A stretch of DNA of 63,714 nucleotides, the filler included, from Rhabdomonas costata (Eukaryota), in the NCBI GenBank assembly GCA_019059605.1. It is 45 parts of 45 records of this genome, joined end to end, with 100 filler letters (N's around TTAATTAATTAA, not from the genome) between each part and the next. Parts side by side here need not be neighbours in the genome. Positions count along the whole stretch, not along the records: positions 36,870 to 38,187 come from JAHMHO010019578.1; positions 38,288 to 39,605 come from JAHMHO010019579.1; positions 39,706 to 41,023 come from JAHMHO010019580.1; positions 41,124 to 42,441 come from JAHMHO010019581.1; positions 42,542 to 43,859 come from JAHMHO010019582.1; positions 43,960 to 45,275 come from JAHMHO010019583.1; positions 45,376 to 46,693 come from JAHMHO010019584.1; positions 46,794 to 48,111 come from JAHMHO010019585.1; 37 more parts are not named here. The stretch is one strand, 5' to 3'. The notes below the pieces were generated by a model. That model saw only the letters and a list, made by a program, of their open reading frames with translations. It had not been told where the DNA came from and did not search any database. Positions 36,770 through 49,228 of this stretch are shown here, one piece after another. The position numbers and the translations under genes were made by a program. Numbering within the stretch: position 1 is the stretch's first letter; the number at the start of each line of letters is the position of its first letter.

Positions 36770-38342
36770 NNNNNNNNNNNNNNNNNNNNNNNNNNNNNNN
36801 NNNNNNNNNNNNNTTAATTAATTAANNNNNNNNNNNNNNNNNNNNNNNNNNNNNNNNNNNNNNNNNNNNTGTTGGGGGTTGAAAGCGAAACTGCATTCTT
36901 TTATATCATTGCTCCAAGCCGCTTTGAGGCGCTGCGTCAAGTCACTCCAACAACAACTTCAGCCTTTTTCTAACGCAACCCCAACCCGTTGTTGATTCGT
37001 GATGCACGAGGGGAATGGAAACATGACCCCGTCCTCCACCATCCGTGCCATATCTGCTTCCTTGAAATAACTTGACAGATACTTCGCGATGCAGGCAACT
37101 TTGACATCCTACCGATGCACCTTCTCCTGTGGAGGGAGGGAGGGGGTTCGAACGGGGAGGGGGCAGCCTTGAGTTACAAACTGAAGCAATTAACGCTCGA
37201 AAGATTAGAGGATCTTTCGAAACGAGTGCCGCTATGTGGAGTTTTCTTCGATGACTTTTGACCGCCGTGCATTTGTAGCGCTGGTTTGCTGTTGTGTTGA
37301 GTTACTTCTTTACAATGTAACCTGCTTTACTTTCACCCCTTCCACCCATAGCCAAGCCCACTGCATAAAACCGAAATAGGTCCCGGGAGATGGTGCAGTC
37401 CGTGCCGCGGTTCTTTCGCCGCGCGGACCGCTTCACGGTGTACCACCAACCCGCCACCCCAGCCGCACTAGCCGACGGCAACCGCTTGCTGGCACAGGGT
37501 ACCCGTATCCCCCCCCTCCCTCACAGGCGTTTGCTGGTTTTCCCTGTGCAAGGCAGTCTCCGTTGGTATGACCTTAAGCCCCGTCCGCCCGCCCGAACAT
37601 GTGCTGGCAGCTTCTGAAAGCAGTCTGATTCAACTGGTGGAGCACCGATTTTTGTGCGGTGTACCGCATATGTTGTTGTATGTGTTTGTCCGGGTCACCT
37701 CAAAAGGCACAACCGAAAAAAGTGCACTCTAAATCAAGCATTTTCGGACTTAGAAGCTAAAAAGCGGGGTGAAGAAAACTGATTTTGACCTGGAGGTATG
37801 TTGCCTCTTTTCGGCTTGTTTTTTGTGTGATCTTCTCTCTCTCTCTCTCTCTCTCTTTTATGAAGAACTGATTCCGGGTCATGCCGCTGGACCAGAGCCA
37901 TGGAAACTGTTAAGTTCAAGTCCAAGGTCCTGAAGTGTGCATGGTGGTGGAGACCTCTTGTCACTGGCAACATTAGCGAAGGTAACAAAGCTTACCCTGT
38001 GAACTCTACGATTATGATTCGTCATTGCAGCCCCAGTTTAAATCGTTTGTGAATGTTGCCGTTGGTAACGATTATGCACATCAGTGACCCATACCTGTAG
38101 TGATGGCCCCCCAATGGGAACCTTAACACTGTAACGTGGTTCCTCCTTTCCTTGGACCTGTAGTTGCGCAAAAGAGAGAAGCGTGGANNNNNNNNNNNNN
38201 NNNNNNNNNNNNNNNNNNNNNNNNNNNNNNNTTAATTAATTAANNNNNNNNNNNNNNNNNNNNNNNNNNNNNNNNNNNNNNNNNNNNGTGTTTTTTTGAA
38301 ACCTATTAATTTTTCTGAATTCTATGGGAATGTAGAATTCAG

Positions 38343-38735
38343 AGTTCTGGGTGGAATTGGGGGGGGGGAGGTTACGGTTATCACTGGTAACCGGAAATGA
38401 TGGTTTTACTATGGAAGTGGATATTATATCTAATCGTTACCAGCCCCCAGGTCACGTTCCCGCCCCAGCCCGCTCCGGCCGCGGCACGGACGGACTGGCC
38501 GCCGCGCCTGGTTCCTAAACTAATGCTCTCCTACTCGTCCGGCCATATCCCAGCCATAACCTAGTTCTTAGCCGGCAGTAGTTTCCAGCTGCTAAGCAAA
38601 AACAATCATTTTAGGGGGCGCTGGCAATGCTTTGCTTACCTCTTACACAGAAATAATAAGGTCATTTTGAGGGTGCCGGCATATTTTACGCGACCGCTGG
38701 TAACCGTTACCTCCCTCCCCAGCTTCCATTGGGCC
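38343..38735 (-). mobile_element. MITE family copy 4 (near complete, inverted orientation)
   Basis: Its reverse complement aligns along the copy at 10113: ggcccaatggaag, ggtaacggttacc, gtaaaatatgcc, ccccctaaa-tgattgtttttgc, agcattagtttagg, acgtgacctg. Confidence 0.85.
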
Positions 38736-38851
38736 GTTTGCAGTTTATTCAGGCACCCGGACCCCTTCTTTGCTCTCCTGGGTGCCTCACTTGGGTACCT
38801 TTTTTCTTGCCTCCTTCGCTTTGGATTCGTTCCCTTCCCCTGTCCACATAG

Positions 38852-39054
38852 GGACAACGGGGAGTGACATTACCCCCCAATTCGGGTCTTCGGGGCCTGC
38901 AGCGATGTCCGCCATGGGTCCCTCCTGCCTGGACGCCGTCCCTGTGCCGTGCACAATGGCGCCCGGGGGGATGCCGTACCCCAACAACGGCGCTGGTGCT
39001 GGTGGCTGGGGAGGCCCAAGCCTTTCACTGAACGGAGGAGGATACCCCACAGGA
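38852..39054 (+). CDS. Hypothetical Gly/Pro/Met-rich exon
   Basis: AG..GT-bounded GC-rich frame TPQFGSSGPAAMSAMGPS..PGGMPYP. Confidence 0.4.
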
Positions 39055-40061
39055 GGTGACCTTTTATTGGGGGAAATGGGAGCAGCTGAGTGGGAACGGA
39101 TTACAGTAGGTTTCAGCCCTTGGGGGAAGCTTTTCTGTTGCAGGTTCTTGCAATATGAATGTGGAAAGTACTGTTTCACTGTCATGACCACACAAACACC
39201 GACCGGAACGCCTGGAGGTTTCTGGATTCTCGCTCGGCAAATCTCTGTCCGGCGTTGGCATCTCTTTTGAAGCTCCTTTCTGCACACGAATATACACGAG
39301 GAGCATGGCTGTTGGAGAACGACAGGTGTGGTTAAACGCACTGAACGTGTACACCAAAGCAGTGCTCCGTAGCTGCTCTTCCCAATTTTTTCAAGCACCA
39401 CCCTGCGACCTGCGACGCATCGAAGCATTGTGGAGTTTTGGATCCAACCTGACCGAAGAGATGGTTGCCCCTACCAGATCAGTGCGTGGGGTTTCATTGG
39501 GAATTCTTTTAAACCCCACCTGTTCTTTCAGTGGCCCCCCAGTTCGCGTCTTCGGGGTCCGAAGAACGGGGTCCGAAGAACACCGATACCCGCCATGGGT
39601 CCCTCNNNNNNNNNNNNNNNNNNNNNNNNNNNNNNNNNNNNNNNNNNNNTTAATTAATTAANNNNNNNNNNNNNNNNNNNNNNNNNNNNNNNNNNNNNNN
39701 NNNNNGGTTGTGGGGTAATGTACTTTTGCTGTATTCATTTCCCTTTCTTCAGGATGTGAACTGAAGCTTTTAGGCGCCGGTTAGAGATTAGATATGTCAG
39801 TCCCAGCTTTTAAGACCCAGCATTGGATCTTCAAAGCTGTTCCTAACCGACCTGGACAGTAAAACTCCTCGAAAGTCCATGTGATGTTCCAAAAACAAAC
39901 AGAATGCACGGTAGATTCACGTCCGCACAGGATACAACATGCAGCACGGAAGCACGGCAACAGAAATTAGGCCTTTCACGAGTTGGTTAGTAATCTTCCA
40001 GGTGGGTGGCACTTCCCTCTAATTTCTTCTGGGTCAGTGTGCGCGCGTATTCTCGGCCCGG

Positions 40062-40343
40062 TTAGCGGGAGTGTTGCGGGTTCCTTGGGTTCCCCGCACA
40101 CCCGTGTGGGGGCGGCTCCAGAAGATGTGCCCGCCAGCCCTCGTCCGAGTCCACCACCTTGGCGCGGCACAAGGGGCACCGGGCGTATTCAGTACCCAGC
40201 GGGGGTGCCGAGCACGGGACTTCGCCGTGGTCATCAAGGCGATCTGGAGGAATCACCTCCCCGCAGCTAGAGCACTGCATCACTGTGTCCGCCGCGGAGC
40301 AGTCGGAGATCATGTGTGCAGAGAGCTGCCCCACCTCAATAAT
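40062..40343 (-). CDS. CEP104: CEP104-like centrosomal/ciliary protein, C-terminal zinc fingers (last exon)
   Basis: IIEVGQLSAHMISDC..QCSSCGEVI..RCPLCRAKV..EGWRAHLL..GCAGNPR matches the CEP104 C2HC array. Confidence 0.85.
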   Translation of the reverse strand: MIEVGQLSAHMISDCSAADTVMQCSSCGEVIPPDRLDDHGEVPCSAPPLGTEYARCPLCRAKVVDSDEGWRAHLLEPPPHGCAGNPRNPQHSR

Positions 40344-41409
40344 CTGAGCGAGAGTCACATTCACCCGGAAAACGATGCGCTCAGACAAGAAGGTTTTGCA
40401 GGTAGCGAAAGTGGGGGCGGGTGTCTAATGTATACCCCCGAGTTTTGCGCCGAGTCGAACGACTTTATTTTATTTGCATGTGCGGGGATGCTCGGATGGC
40501 GGGAAGGAGAGACAGCAACAGGACGCACACGGAAAGTGGAAGGACGTGTTTGTATCTCAGCGTAGGTGCTTCCCTTTGCCTTTGCGTGTGCGTGTGTGTC
40601 TGTGTGTGTCTGTATGTGTGACAACAGGTGTGCATGACAGCGACAGGAGCAATATTTGGCATTTATTGTGAGGCACAGTCGCGGAAAGCACCAACTTTGC
40701 ATACAAAAGTCCCCTGCATTAAAACGATGGAAGAAAAAGGAGGGAAGGAGTGCAATGAAAGGGAGGCGGACTGAAATAACTCGGCTGCGTTTTATTGGAC
40801 ACACACTCTTTTTCAGAAACCAATTAAAAAGCTATTTTCGGCTGGACTGTGGTAGAAGCGGCGAAAACCAGGGAAGCCACTGCAGAAGAATATGCATCTA
40901 CTTATTCTGCAGGGTTCGAGAACCACGCATGGATGCATGCTTTACACCTTTCATGTCCTATTTTCTCATGGAGTCCGAATGGAGTCCGAAATTTTTCAAT
41001 CGCATCCACCCCCCCCCAAAAAANNNNNNNNNNNNNNNNNNNNNNNNNNNNNNNNNNNNNNNNNNNNTTAATTAATTAANNNNNNNNNNNNNNNNNNNNN
41101 NNNNNNNNNNNNNNNNNNNNNNNCGGCAGCCTCTCGAACTTTTACAAAGTTAAGGAGCGTAATTGCCGTAATTGCTGCGTCTCCGACGTCCTTGCCATCG
41201 ATCTTTGAGCGGCAAACGATGTCTTTTGGTTTCCCCATGTAGTGGGCGCTAAGAGATTTCCCTGGCAGCATTGCGGCAATTCAGCCGGGAAGAGTTGGAA
41301 GCCGAAAACCAAAGGTTGCTAAAAAGTCATTTGGCAGAGCATGCACATGTGTAGAGAGAAGGAGAGTGGCTACAGGATCAAAGATGGGGGTCTTTCGTAC
41401 GTCTCGCAG

Positions 41410-42190
41410 GGAACGGGAAAAACCACCACGATTCTTGCATGCGCGAGGATGCTGTACGGCGACAACTTCCAGAATTTCACCATGGAGGTTCTCCTGGGGG
41501 AGTTTTTATATTGTTTTCGTACTGTTGAGCACGCAAACACCTGCGAGGTGATATTCCAGTGAGAAAAAGAAAACCACAAAACACTTGTATCCTTTGCTGT
41601 GCATCAACCTTACTCTGGATGAACGCTGCCATCGATGGCGTCCTTGCTTTGGGTTCCTATGCAGCGGCGAGCATCCGTCCTTTTTCATAACAGTTTACCA
41701 CTTTCTGTTTGCTTCCGTAGCTGAATGCTTCGGATGACCGCGGGATTGGCATTGTGCGGAACCAGATCAAGGACTTCGCCAGCACCAAGCAAATATTTAG
41801 GCATGTGTTTTTGTTCACCACATCGTGAAGGGCGTGTCTTTCTGCGCCAGAACCCATGGTCGCGGAAGAAGAACATCGCCTTGGAGTGGAGTGTTTGCGT
41901 GATCTCACTCACTCACTCACTTCATCTTTCGTTCCTGATCCAGTTCCCTCGGAGCACTTTGGGGTATGTTTGGATGCTGGGTCCTGTTTCGTTTGTGAAT
42001 TCGGATGTATTTTGAGGACGGTACTCTGCCTTGTGTGTGGTGGGGGTTGATTTCGAACTCAGCTTGACACTGCTGAGAAGAATTCACTTTCTTTCGGGGG
42101 GAGGGGTTCCCAGCTCTGTCCCGTTCAAGCTGATTATCTTGGACGAGGCTGACCAGATGACCCACGACGCACAAGCCGCGCTACGCCGAG
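41410..42190 (+). CDS. RFC5: Replication factor C small subunit (human RFC5/yeast Rfc3 type), partial
   Basis: Exons 41410-41487, 41721-41800 and 42114-42190 give GTGKTTTILACA..ELNASDDRGI..FASTKQIF..FKLIILDEADQMTHDAQAALRR. Confidence 0.92.
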
Positions 42191-42650
42191 GTGGCTGTGG
42201 CGCTCTACTCTTTTTTGCATTTTTCCTCTTCGGTGAAAGAGAGGTCCGTGGTTAGCCGGCGATATGGCGTGCATGCCGTTGTGCGTTGCTCGCCCATCTG
42301 ACCTCTCGTCCAATTTCAAAAATGAAACAATTCAGTATCTGGCTCGGAAGTGCGTGTGTGTGTGATTCCATCAGAGCTCTAATGCCAATATCGCTGTCTG
42401 TACACCAACCAAGAAGCTCTCAAATCTCTTTACTATAGTGTNNNNNNNNNNNNNNNNNNNNNNNNNNNNNNNNNNNNNNNNNNNNTTAATTAATTAANNN
42501 NNNNNNNNNNNNNNNNNNNNNNNNNNNNNNNNNNNNNNNNNGGGTTGTTATGGTTTAGTTTGCTGCTGTGCTCGCATCGCACTCCATGAAGCGGGACTCT
42601 TTCCCCACGTTTCCGAAGGACGTTATTTTTGCATATGATGGGGGACCCCC

Positions 42651-43010
42651 CTAGGAACCAGACTTGCTGGGGTGAGTCCACGAAGCGGGGAAGCCATGCC
42701 TTGCTGGGAATGGCCCTTTGGGCTTGACCAGGCCAGCGACGTCCAGGCTCATCTCCTTCTTTGCGAGGAGCTCCCTGCCCTGTTCTGGGGTCACCAGGAA
42801 CAGCACGGTGTGGTAGGAGGGTGTGGGGGTGGTGGAGGCCGTCGGGTGGGCGGCCATGCTGAGCCCCACAGCTAGAGCCTCAGGCCACAACCCCACCACA
42901 AGCACTTGCATCGGATCCTGCAAGGGAAACATATGCTGGCCCAGAAGCCACACCCGGATAGCGTAGAGAGGAGAATGGATCGGAGGGAGTACGAGGACGA
43001 CGGTGACCAC
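42651..43010 (-). CDS. Hypothetical protein exon
   Basis: GC3-rich open frame. No recognised motif. Confidence 0.35.
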   Translation of the reverse strand: MVTVVLVLPPIHSPLYAIRVWLLGQHMFPLQDPMQVLVVGLWPEALAVGLSMAAHPTASTTPTPSYHTVLFLVTPEQGRELLAKKEMSLDVAGLVKPKGPFPARHGFPASWTHPSKSGS

Positions 43011-44053
43011 CGGTGGCGAGGTTCGCTTTTATTTTGCAAATGTAGGATATAGGAAAACAACTTTGCCGTTGTGAACACCTGCACCTGAAATCCAATTTCC
43101 AAGAGAAAAAGCAATATAATCTGGCTTGTAAAAAGCACACGTTCTATGACGCATCACAACAAGGAGGGCTGTGGGTGCAGCTGTGCACAAACACAACGAT
43201 GCATATTAACCAAATCCGGTAAAACGCAAGACATTCGAGCAGCCAGGAGCACACATACACACGCACACCTTAGGGCCCAGGGGCCCTCCAATAGCCTCTC
43301 GCTCTGAGGGACAAAAAGTGTGGGAGAGGCCCCATTCATGCACGCAGTTCCATCAGAACCCTCCTTACACGAATTATGATGAACATATGACAGAAAAGCG
43401 GAAAGGCAAAGTCCAACTCTCCAAACCATTCAGAGACTCTGCGCGATGTATTGGTCCCTGTACCTATCCCCTGTTATAAGGCGATGCACAAGTCTCCCAG
43501 CGTTTCTCCAGGATGTCTTGGGGTTCCAAGCGCATCTCAATTTTCTTTACTGGGGAGTTCAGTTACTCTCTCACCCCCCATCCCACCCCCAGTGTTTGTC
43601 TCACGTCTGGGCTTCTGCGCCCATTTCTGGTTCACGGGACACGTTCGGATCTCCACGGGCCATACACACAGACACGCATGAGACTGGTTTCTGGGGTGTA
43701 GCAAAGAAGGCTATGTCACGCACGTGTGTGCGTCGGCACGCTCGACGCATGAATCAGCCGCAAATGCGGCAGCTCCAGCCAGCCTGCCAGAGCAAACATC
43801 CCAGTGCCCTGAGCTGGGCCTTCAGATCAGAGTCGATTTTGAAACACACACACAACCCCNNNNNNNNNNNNNNNNNNNNNNNNNNNNNNNNNNNNNNNNN
43901 NNNTTAATTAATTAANNNNNNNNNNNNNNNNNNNNNNNNNNNNNNNNNNNNNNNNNNNNGGTTGTTTTTGTTTTCTTCCACGCGCAGCGCACCGGCAGCG
44001 GGATGGAAACTTTGGTATTGGGGTGCGCGTTTCTCTTTTCTGTGTGGTCACAG

Positions 44054-44846
44054 GTTCTTGGGGTTTGCGGGCTGTACAAAATGCCAGAGGACTACGACGA
44101 GGCCGTGTGGGGTGGGTGGCTTGGGGTCGATCCCAACTGCCGAGGCACCGGAATCGGCCATCGTATCGTGCACCACGTTCTGGAGAAGGTATTTGTTGTT
44201 ACTCGCCAACCATATGTTGCAGTGTCGTTGCAGGCTCTGCACTGTGGCTGGCTCTATAAATCCCTGCAAGCCGATGGGATTTGCCTCGGCCGAGGGGCGA
44301 GGGGCCTCTTTTCCTTCGCCCTCTCCAAAGAGGCCCCCTCCCGCCTGAGATCTGTGCCCCCTCTCCCCTCCGACGACTTCTCCTCTTTGGGTTTCTATTG
44401 CATGCAGTCGGGTATTTCATGGCGTGCTGATAGATTCCGTGGCAAGCAACGGGCGAGCAACGCGACGTCAGTACCCACATTGGGGAGGAAGGAACACGGT
44501 GACGGTCTCGTGTACTCATCGCAGTCCTGCACGCATATATCTCGATGTTGCGGTGGCCGTCGTTTTAACCGGGTAAGGGCGGATACATCTCTCTCACATC
44601 TCTCCACGCAAACCAAACAAAAGGCCAAGCAGAAGGGGGTGAGCTTCGTGCGGGTGTACTCCAGCAACCACAGCAACGAGGCCATCGCCAACGCCATGTA
44701 CCGCCAGATAGGCGCCAAGTTGCTTGCGGACCGGACCGTCGTCTCCTCGGTTTTCGAGACGCCGAACTCCCCTGAGCCCCTGAAGCTTATCTTCTATGAG
44801 CTGCCGGTTTACAAGGGCGAGCCGGCGGCGGAGAATGCGAAAGCAG
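44054..44846 (+). CDS. GNAT-family N-acetyltransferase (2 exons)
   Basis: Exons 44054-44188 and 44624-44846. WLGVDPNCRGTGIG is motif A and ANAMYRQIG is motif B. Confidence 0.85.
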
Positions 44847-45180
44847 GTACATGGGGGCGGTGGGGAACGGATTTACCGTGCGCCCGTTGCCTCTCTGCGG
44901 TTCTTCGCCTCAATGCTGATGGAACCTTGACAACCGCCACAAGTGTGCGTGTCTTTTTTTTTTTTTGCGAGAGAACAGACATGAACGGTTAAATTTTGTA
45001 TAGTGATGGAGGGTGGGTGAGGACGACGGGATTACTAGCTTCGACAATGTGCAGGGTAGGCCCTTTACAATTGAAAACGAATGGCGGGGAAAAAAGAAAG
45101 AAACGCTTTTGGTACGTCCGCATACCGGCACATTTTAGAAGTGCAAAAAGAAAAAAAAAGACGAAAAGACATTGGATTTT

Positions 45181-45275
45181 TTTTTGAAACATTGTTCGTT
45201 GTTGCATAAGACACGGGCCTCGGACTGCTCTAAGGCCCGTGTCTTATGCAACAACGAACAATATGTTTCAAAAAA
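45181..45275. repeat. Hairpin at contig end: perfect 30-bp arms (~40 bp allowing a 2-nt indel), 12-nt loop
   Basis: 45191-45220 is the reverse complement of 45233-45262. Confidence 0.93.
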
Positions 45276-47292
45276 NNNNNNNNNNNNNNNNNNNNNNNNN
45301 NNNNNNNNNNNNNNNNNNNTTAATTAATTAANNNNNNNNNNNNNNNNNNNNNNNNNNNNNNNNNNNNNNNNNNNNGGGTTGTGGTGAGGATCGAGGTGGC
45401 CCCGGAGTCGCCCTTAGAAGGGAAAAGGAAGGGCTGTGTGAACGATGGATCAGTAGCAAAAGAGAAGAGCTTTACCAAAATTGCCCTTGGGATGGCCCGT
45501 GTTCCACGTCTGGGTGGATATCAGAAGCGAACGTACGCTCCTGGTGGGACTAAGTGTGCACGAAGCCAGTGGACGACGGAGCGTTGTCACCCGAGAGTCA
45601 CAGGTTACGAAAGCTGAGTCCTCCGAGGAGCCAAAAAGAAAGAAAGAGCCCCTGTTCTGAGAGATGACCTGAGAGCTGAGAAATGCGACAAAAAGTGCAC
45701 AAACGTTTGTTCCGTGCTTGCGTGTTTGGGGATGCCCTCACAAGAAACCCTGCGTCTCATCATCCACAAAGTCTGCCCGCAGCTATGAAAGGGAAAAGGG
45801 ATGGGAGAAGCGGCCCACCACATCTTGCAAAAAAAAAAAGCCACACGGATGCACGCACCGCGCGAATAAGGACGCGGATGGGCACGTTGGGGGGTGTCAG
45901 TCCAGGGTTCAGTGTGGCAACGGCCGGATCACTCCATCTCGTCACATTGCCTGAGAGGAGGGACACACAAATACACAACTGTGAGATGGACACACACAAC
46001 ACCGTGCAGGCCGCAACGCAGGACGGTTTCCACCTGAACCTGAACAAAAGGTCAGTACAAGCATACCACTTCAAAGGGACATGATTACATGGCTCATATG
46101 GTACATACATGGACTATCTTAATGCATTTCCCATCGTTCGGCGCTTCCAACAACTATCGTAACCTCAGATCTGGGCGTATTTTACTGCGACAAAGACTTG
46201 TGCGGTTCGGAGTGTTCGCAGACGAAGGCAGAAAACAACAACGACAAGCAAGGATGGAGTGAAGGAGGTTCGTGTACCCAAGAATGCTGCGGGTATACTT
46301 GGGGGTTGAGCCGTGCCGGTAGCAATATCTGCCGACATTTCAGCGGAGTTACGCGATGAACTGCCTGATCCTCGATTCCTGCTTTCCTGGTGGGCCCATT
46401 TTAATCCCGAGGGACCCTGCAGCTTGGAGGAGGAGGGGGAGGGGAAGGCGATTACACACCCGCCCAGATGCTCGCCAGAAGCTCCGGAGAAAGCACCAGG
46501 GAGCCCACCGCGTTGGGCAAGTTGTACCCAATCACCTGACCCAAGCGCCCCCCACGAAGCAAATCCCCCCGCTTGGTTACGAAATGACTTCTCAAACACA
46601 GCCACGTTGTACACTTAGCAGCATTTGGTTTGATACTCATGATCAGCTGCTAAATGCAGTGCTGCACGTCACAGGCGAATTCCCAACAAAAAANNNNNNN
46701 NNNNNNNNNNNNNNNNNNNNNNNNNNNNNNNNNNNNNTTAATTAATTAANNNNNNNNNNNNNNNNNNNNNNNNNNNNNNNNNNNNNNNNNNNNGGGGTTT
46801 GCTCAGTCAAAAAATCCCTGGATGTGGTTGCATGTGGGTTGTGGACTGTGGGAAGTGGACTAGGACGAAGTTAGTCTGACTCCACAAGAAGAATAGTGTT
46901 TTTTGTTTGGGCCAGCTCCCTGGGCAGTGTGGGCACCCGTGCTCTGATCTCCTTGCGAAGCTGAGCTTATCAGCTTCACTCCATAGAACTGTGGTGAAAT
47001 GCGCCATTTAGGTTTCCAAGAACCTCCGCCCAGCAGTGATTTGCAACTCCGAGAAGCGGCCAGGCAGCGGGAGAGAATTAGAAAGCCCGCTGGAGGCAGA
47101 AAAGACCTCCACCAATGCCTTGTGGGCATTGTGTGTGTGTGTGTGCGTGTGTGTTTGGGGCATGTTAGAACGTACCAGTATTTTTCCTTCACAACTAGCT
47201 CTCTCTGTGTGTGTGTGTGTTAGGAGGGGGGGAGGGCAAGGACAAACTGGTGTGAAAGAAAAGGTTTCCCTTTGATTCTTGTTTCCGCATAG

Positions 47293-47687
47293 CTGAGATG
47301 GACTCCTTGGTGGGCACGAAGCGAGCGGAACTGATGACCCTGCGAGAGGTGCACGACGGCCTTGTCCGCCGCATTGCCGCTCTGGAATGTGAAGTCTCCC
47401 GTCACACAGAGCTTTTGGACGACCTCACCAGTGACTACGCCCGCTCTGCGGGTCAAAGGGCGGAGCAGCTGCGCTCCCTCGAAGAACAGCTGAGGAAGCT
47501 TTGCGAGGAAAGAGTTGTGGCACAGTCGCAAAGCAGGGCCTGCGTGGCCCGGTACACCCAGGCGGTGGAGCAGGCTATCGAGATGCTGGCTCAGCTGGAA
47601 CGGGAAGCTGGACGTTGGGAAAGCGACGCAGGGGCATCACCAGCCCACGACGAGGACTACAGTCGGTGTGCCAAAGTTTTTTTTTGA
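47293..47687 (+). CDS. Coiled-coil protein exon
   Basis: Heptad-like LVRRIAALECEV..LRSLEEQLRKL after acceptor catag. Confidence 0.6.
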
Positions 47688-48320
47688 ACAAAAATCTGCG
47701 CGGCACGGCACAGCACGGCACGGCATCACCATTGTTCAGTGAAAAGGCCACTTGCAAGCAGCAAACAAAAAAAGCAAGTAAGGAACAATATAGAAATGAG
47801 ATTACCGGAACTGATACAGGAAATGCATGCGGCGGCGCAGTGCTGCATGGAGACACTTGAAGGGTAAACAGAGCTAAGAGGCAGAAGAAAGGGAGGAGCG
47901 TGATATGAACAGCGCTTCATATTCACAATATGGACGGCAAGGGAACTTTGCTTCTCCTGTTGTAATCGCGCGAAATCATTTGCAAGAACTCCGACCTGCA
48001 ACTACTTCTAAATACATGTTATTATGGTCAGTACCCCGATTAGAAGGTAATACAAAACACGAACGGTTTCCTTTTTCTTTCATGCGTGCAGCCGAGAAAA
48101 ACAAACAACACNNNNNNNNNNNNNNNNNNNNNNNNNNNNNNNNNNNNNNNNNNNNTTAATTAATTAANNNNNNNNNNNNNNNNNNNNNNNNNNNNNNNNN
48201 NNNNNNNNNNNGGTTTGTGTGGAATGCCATTCAGCGGTTCTTCTCAAAAATTGGCGGTGGCGCTCCGACACAACGCATTCGCAATATGTTTGGGATAAGC
48301 TCTAATCAGGGTTTTTGAAG

Positions 48321-49110
48321 GACTCTGTATTATGGGCAGTTTCTCTGGTGATCTGGGGGTTGGTGGACGTTGTGGTCCCCCCGCACACCTTTTGGTACAT
48401 CTGGGATGCTGACCACATGGTGGACGCCAACCTGTCCTGTGCGAACCTCATCCTTGTGATGTGCGCCTTGGCCCAGCATCCCGCCCGAATACTGGTGTGA
48501 GACTGTTTTAGCGGTGCACTTGATTCGGTCGGTTTGGTCAGGAAGAGTCAAGGTTGTGAGGGCATTGGAAGGGCTGTCCAATGGTGCAGTGGTGCGAGGG
48601 CATTGGAAGGGCTGTCCAATGGTGCAATGGTGCGGTATGTGTCTGTGCATGCTAGTCTGGTAGTCTGGTTAGCACGTTGACAGATCCCCTCCTTAAAGTT
48701 TATTGGCATACTGTGTGGGTGGAAATGGTGGTGCAGAGTGGCGGAACGGGGAACATTGTTTCGGGAGGGGCGCGTGTGTTGTGGTGGTTCCCCGAGGTTC
48801 GGCTCGATTTCCGCTGGACGTCCGCTTTGGGCCGTGTTTGCAGGACACGAGGTACCTGTGGAAGGGTCAGGGCAAGCAGCTGCTGAAGCGCTACCGCTGG
48901 TATGCTCCCACGCGGCGCACGCTGCTGTGGGTGCTGCTGCTGACCCTGCACGCGGCCTGCGTGGTGGAGTACGTCGCCAGCATCATCCTGTGGCTCACCC
49001 CGCGCAGCAGCTCTGCCAACAACACCGTGTTTGTGCTCTGGGGAGTCCACCTGGTGCTGCAAATCGTGCCCTCCATTATCAGCCGTGTTCTCGCCCTGCG
49101 CGCCAACAAG
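48321..49110 (+). CDS. Multi-pass membrane protein (2 exons)
   Basis: Phase-0 exons 48321-48494 and 48844-49110 contain four hydrophobic helices. Confidence 0.65.
48558..48633. repeat. Intronic 38-bp tandem duplication
   Basis: gagggcattggaagggctgtccaatggtgcaRtggtgc occurs twice in tandem. Confidence 0.9.
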
Positions 49111-49191
49111 GTTTTTTATGTGTGTGTGGACCTGTCGACATTGTGCTGCTTTTTGGTGGTTTGGTGAAATTCTTCCCACTTACTATCCCAA

Positions 49192-49193
<2 letters not shown>

Positions 49194-49227
<34 letters not shown>
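49194..49227. repeat. (GT)n microsatellite
   Basis: Read directly from the sequence. Confidence 0.95.

Positions 49228-49228
<1 letters not shown>

Noticed and set aside
44003-44992. 329-aa single-exon protein
   Set aside because: The middle 435 nt is a GT-AG intron that splits the GNAT motifs.
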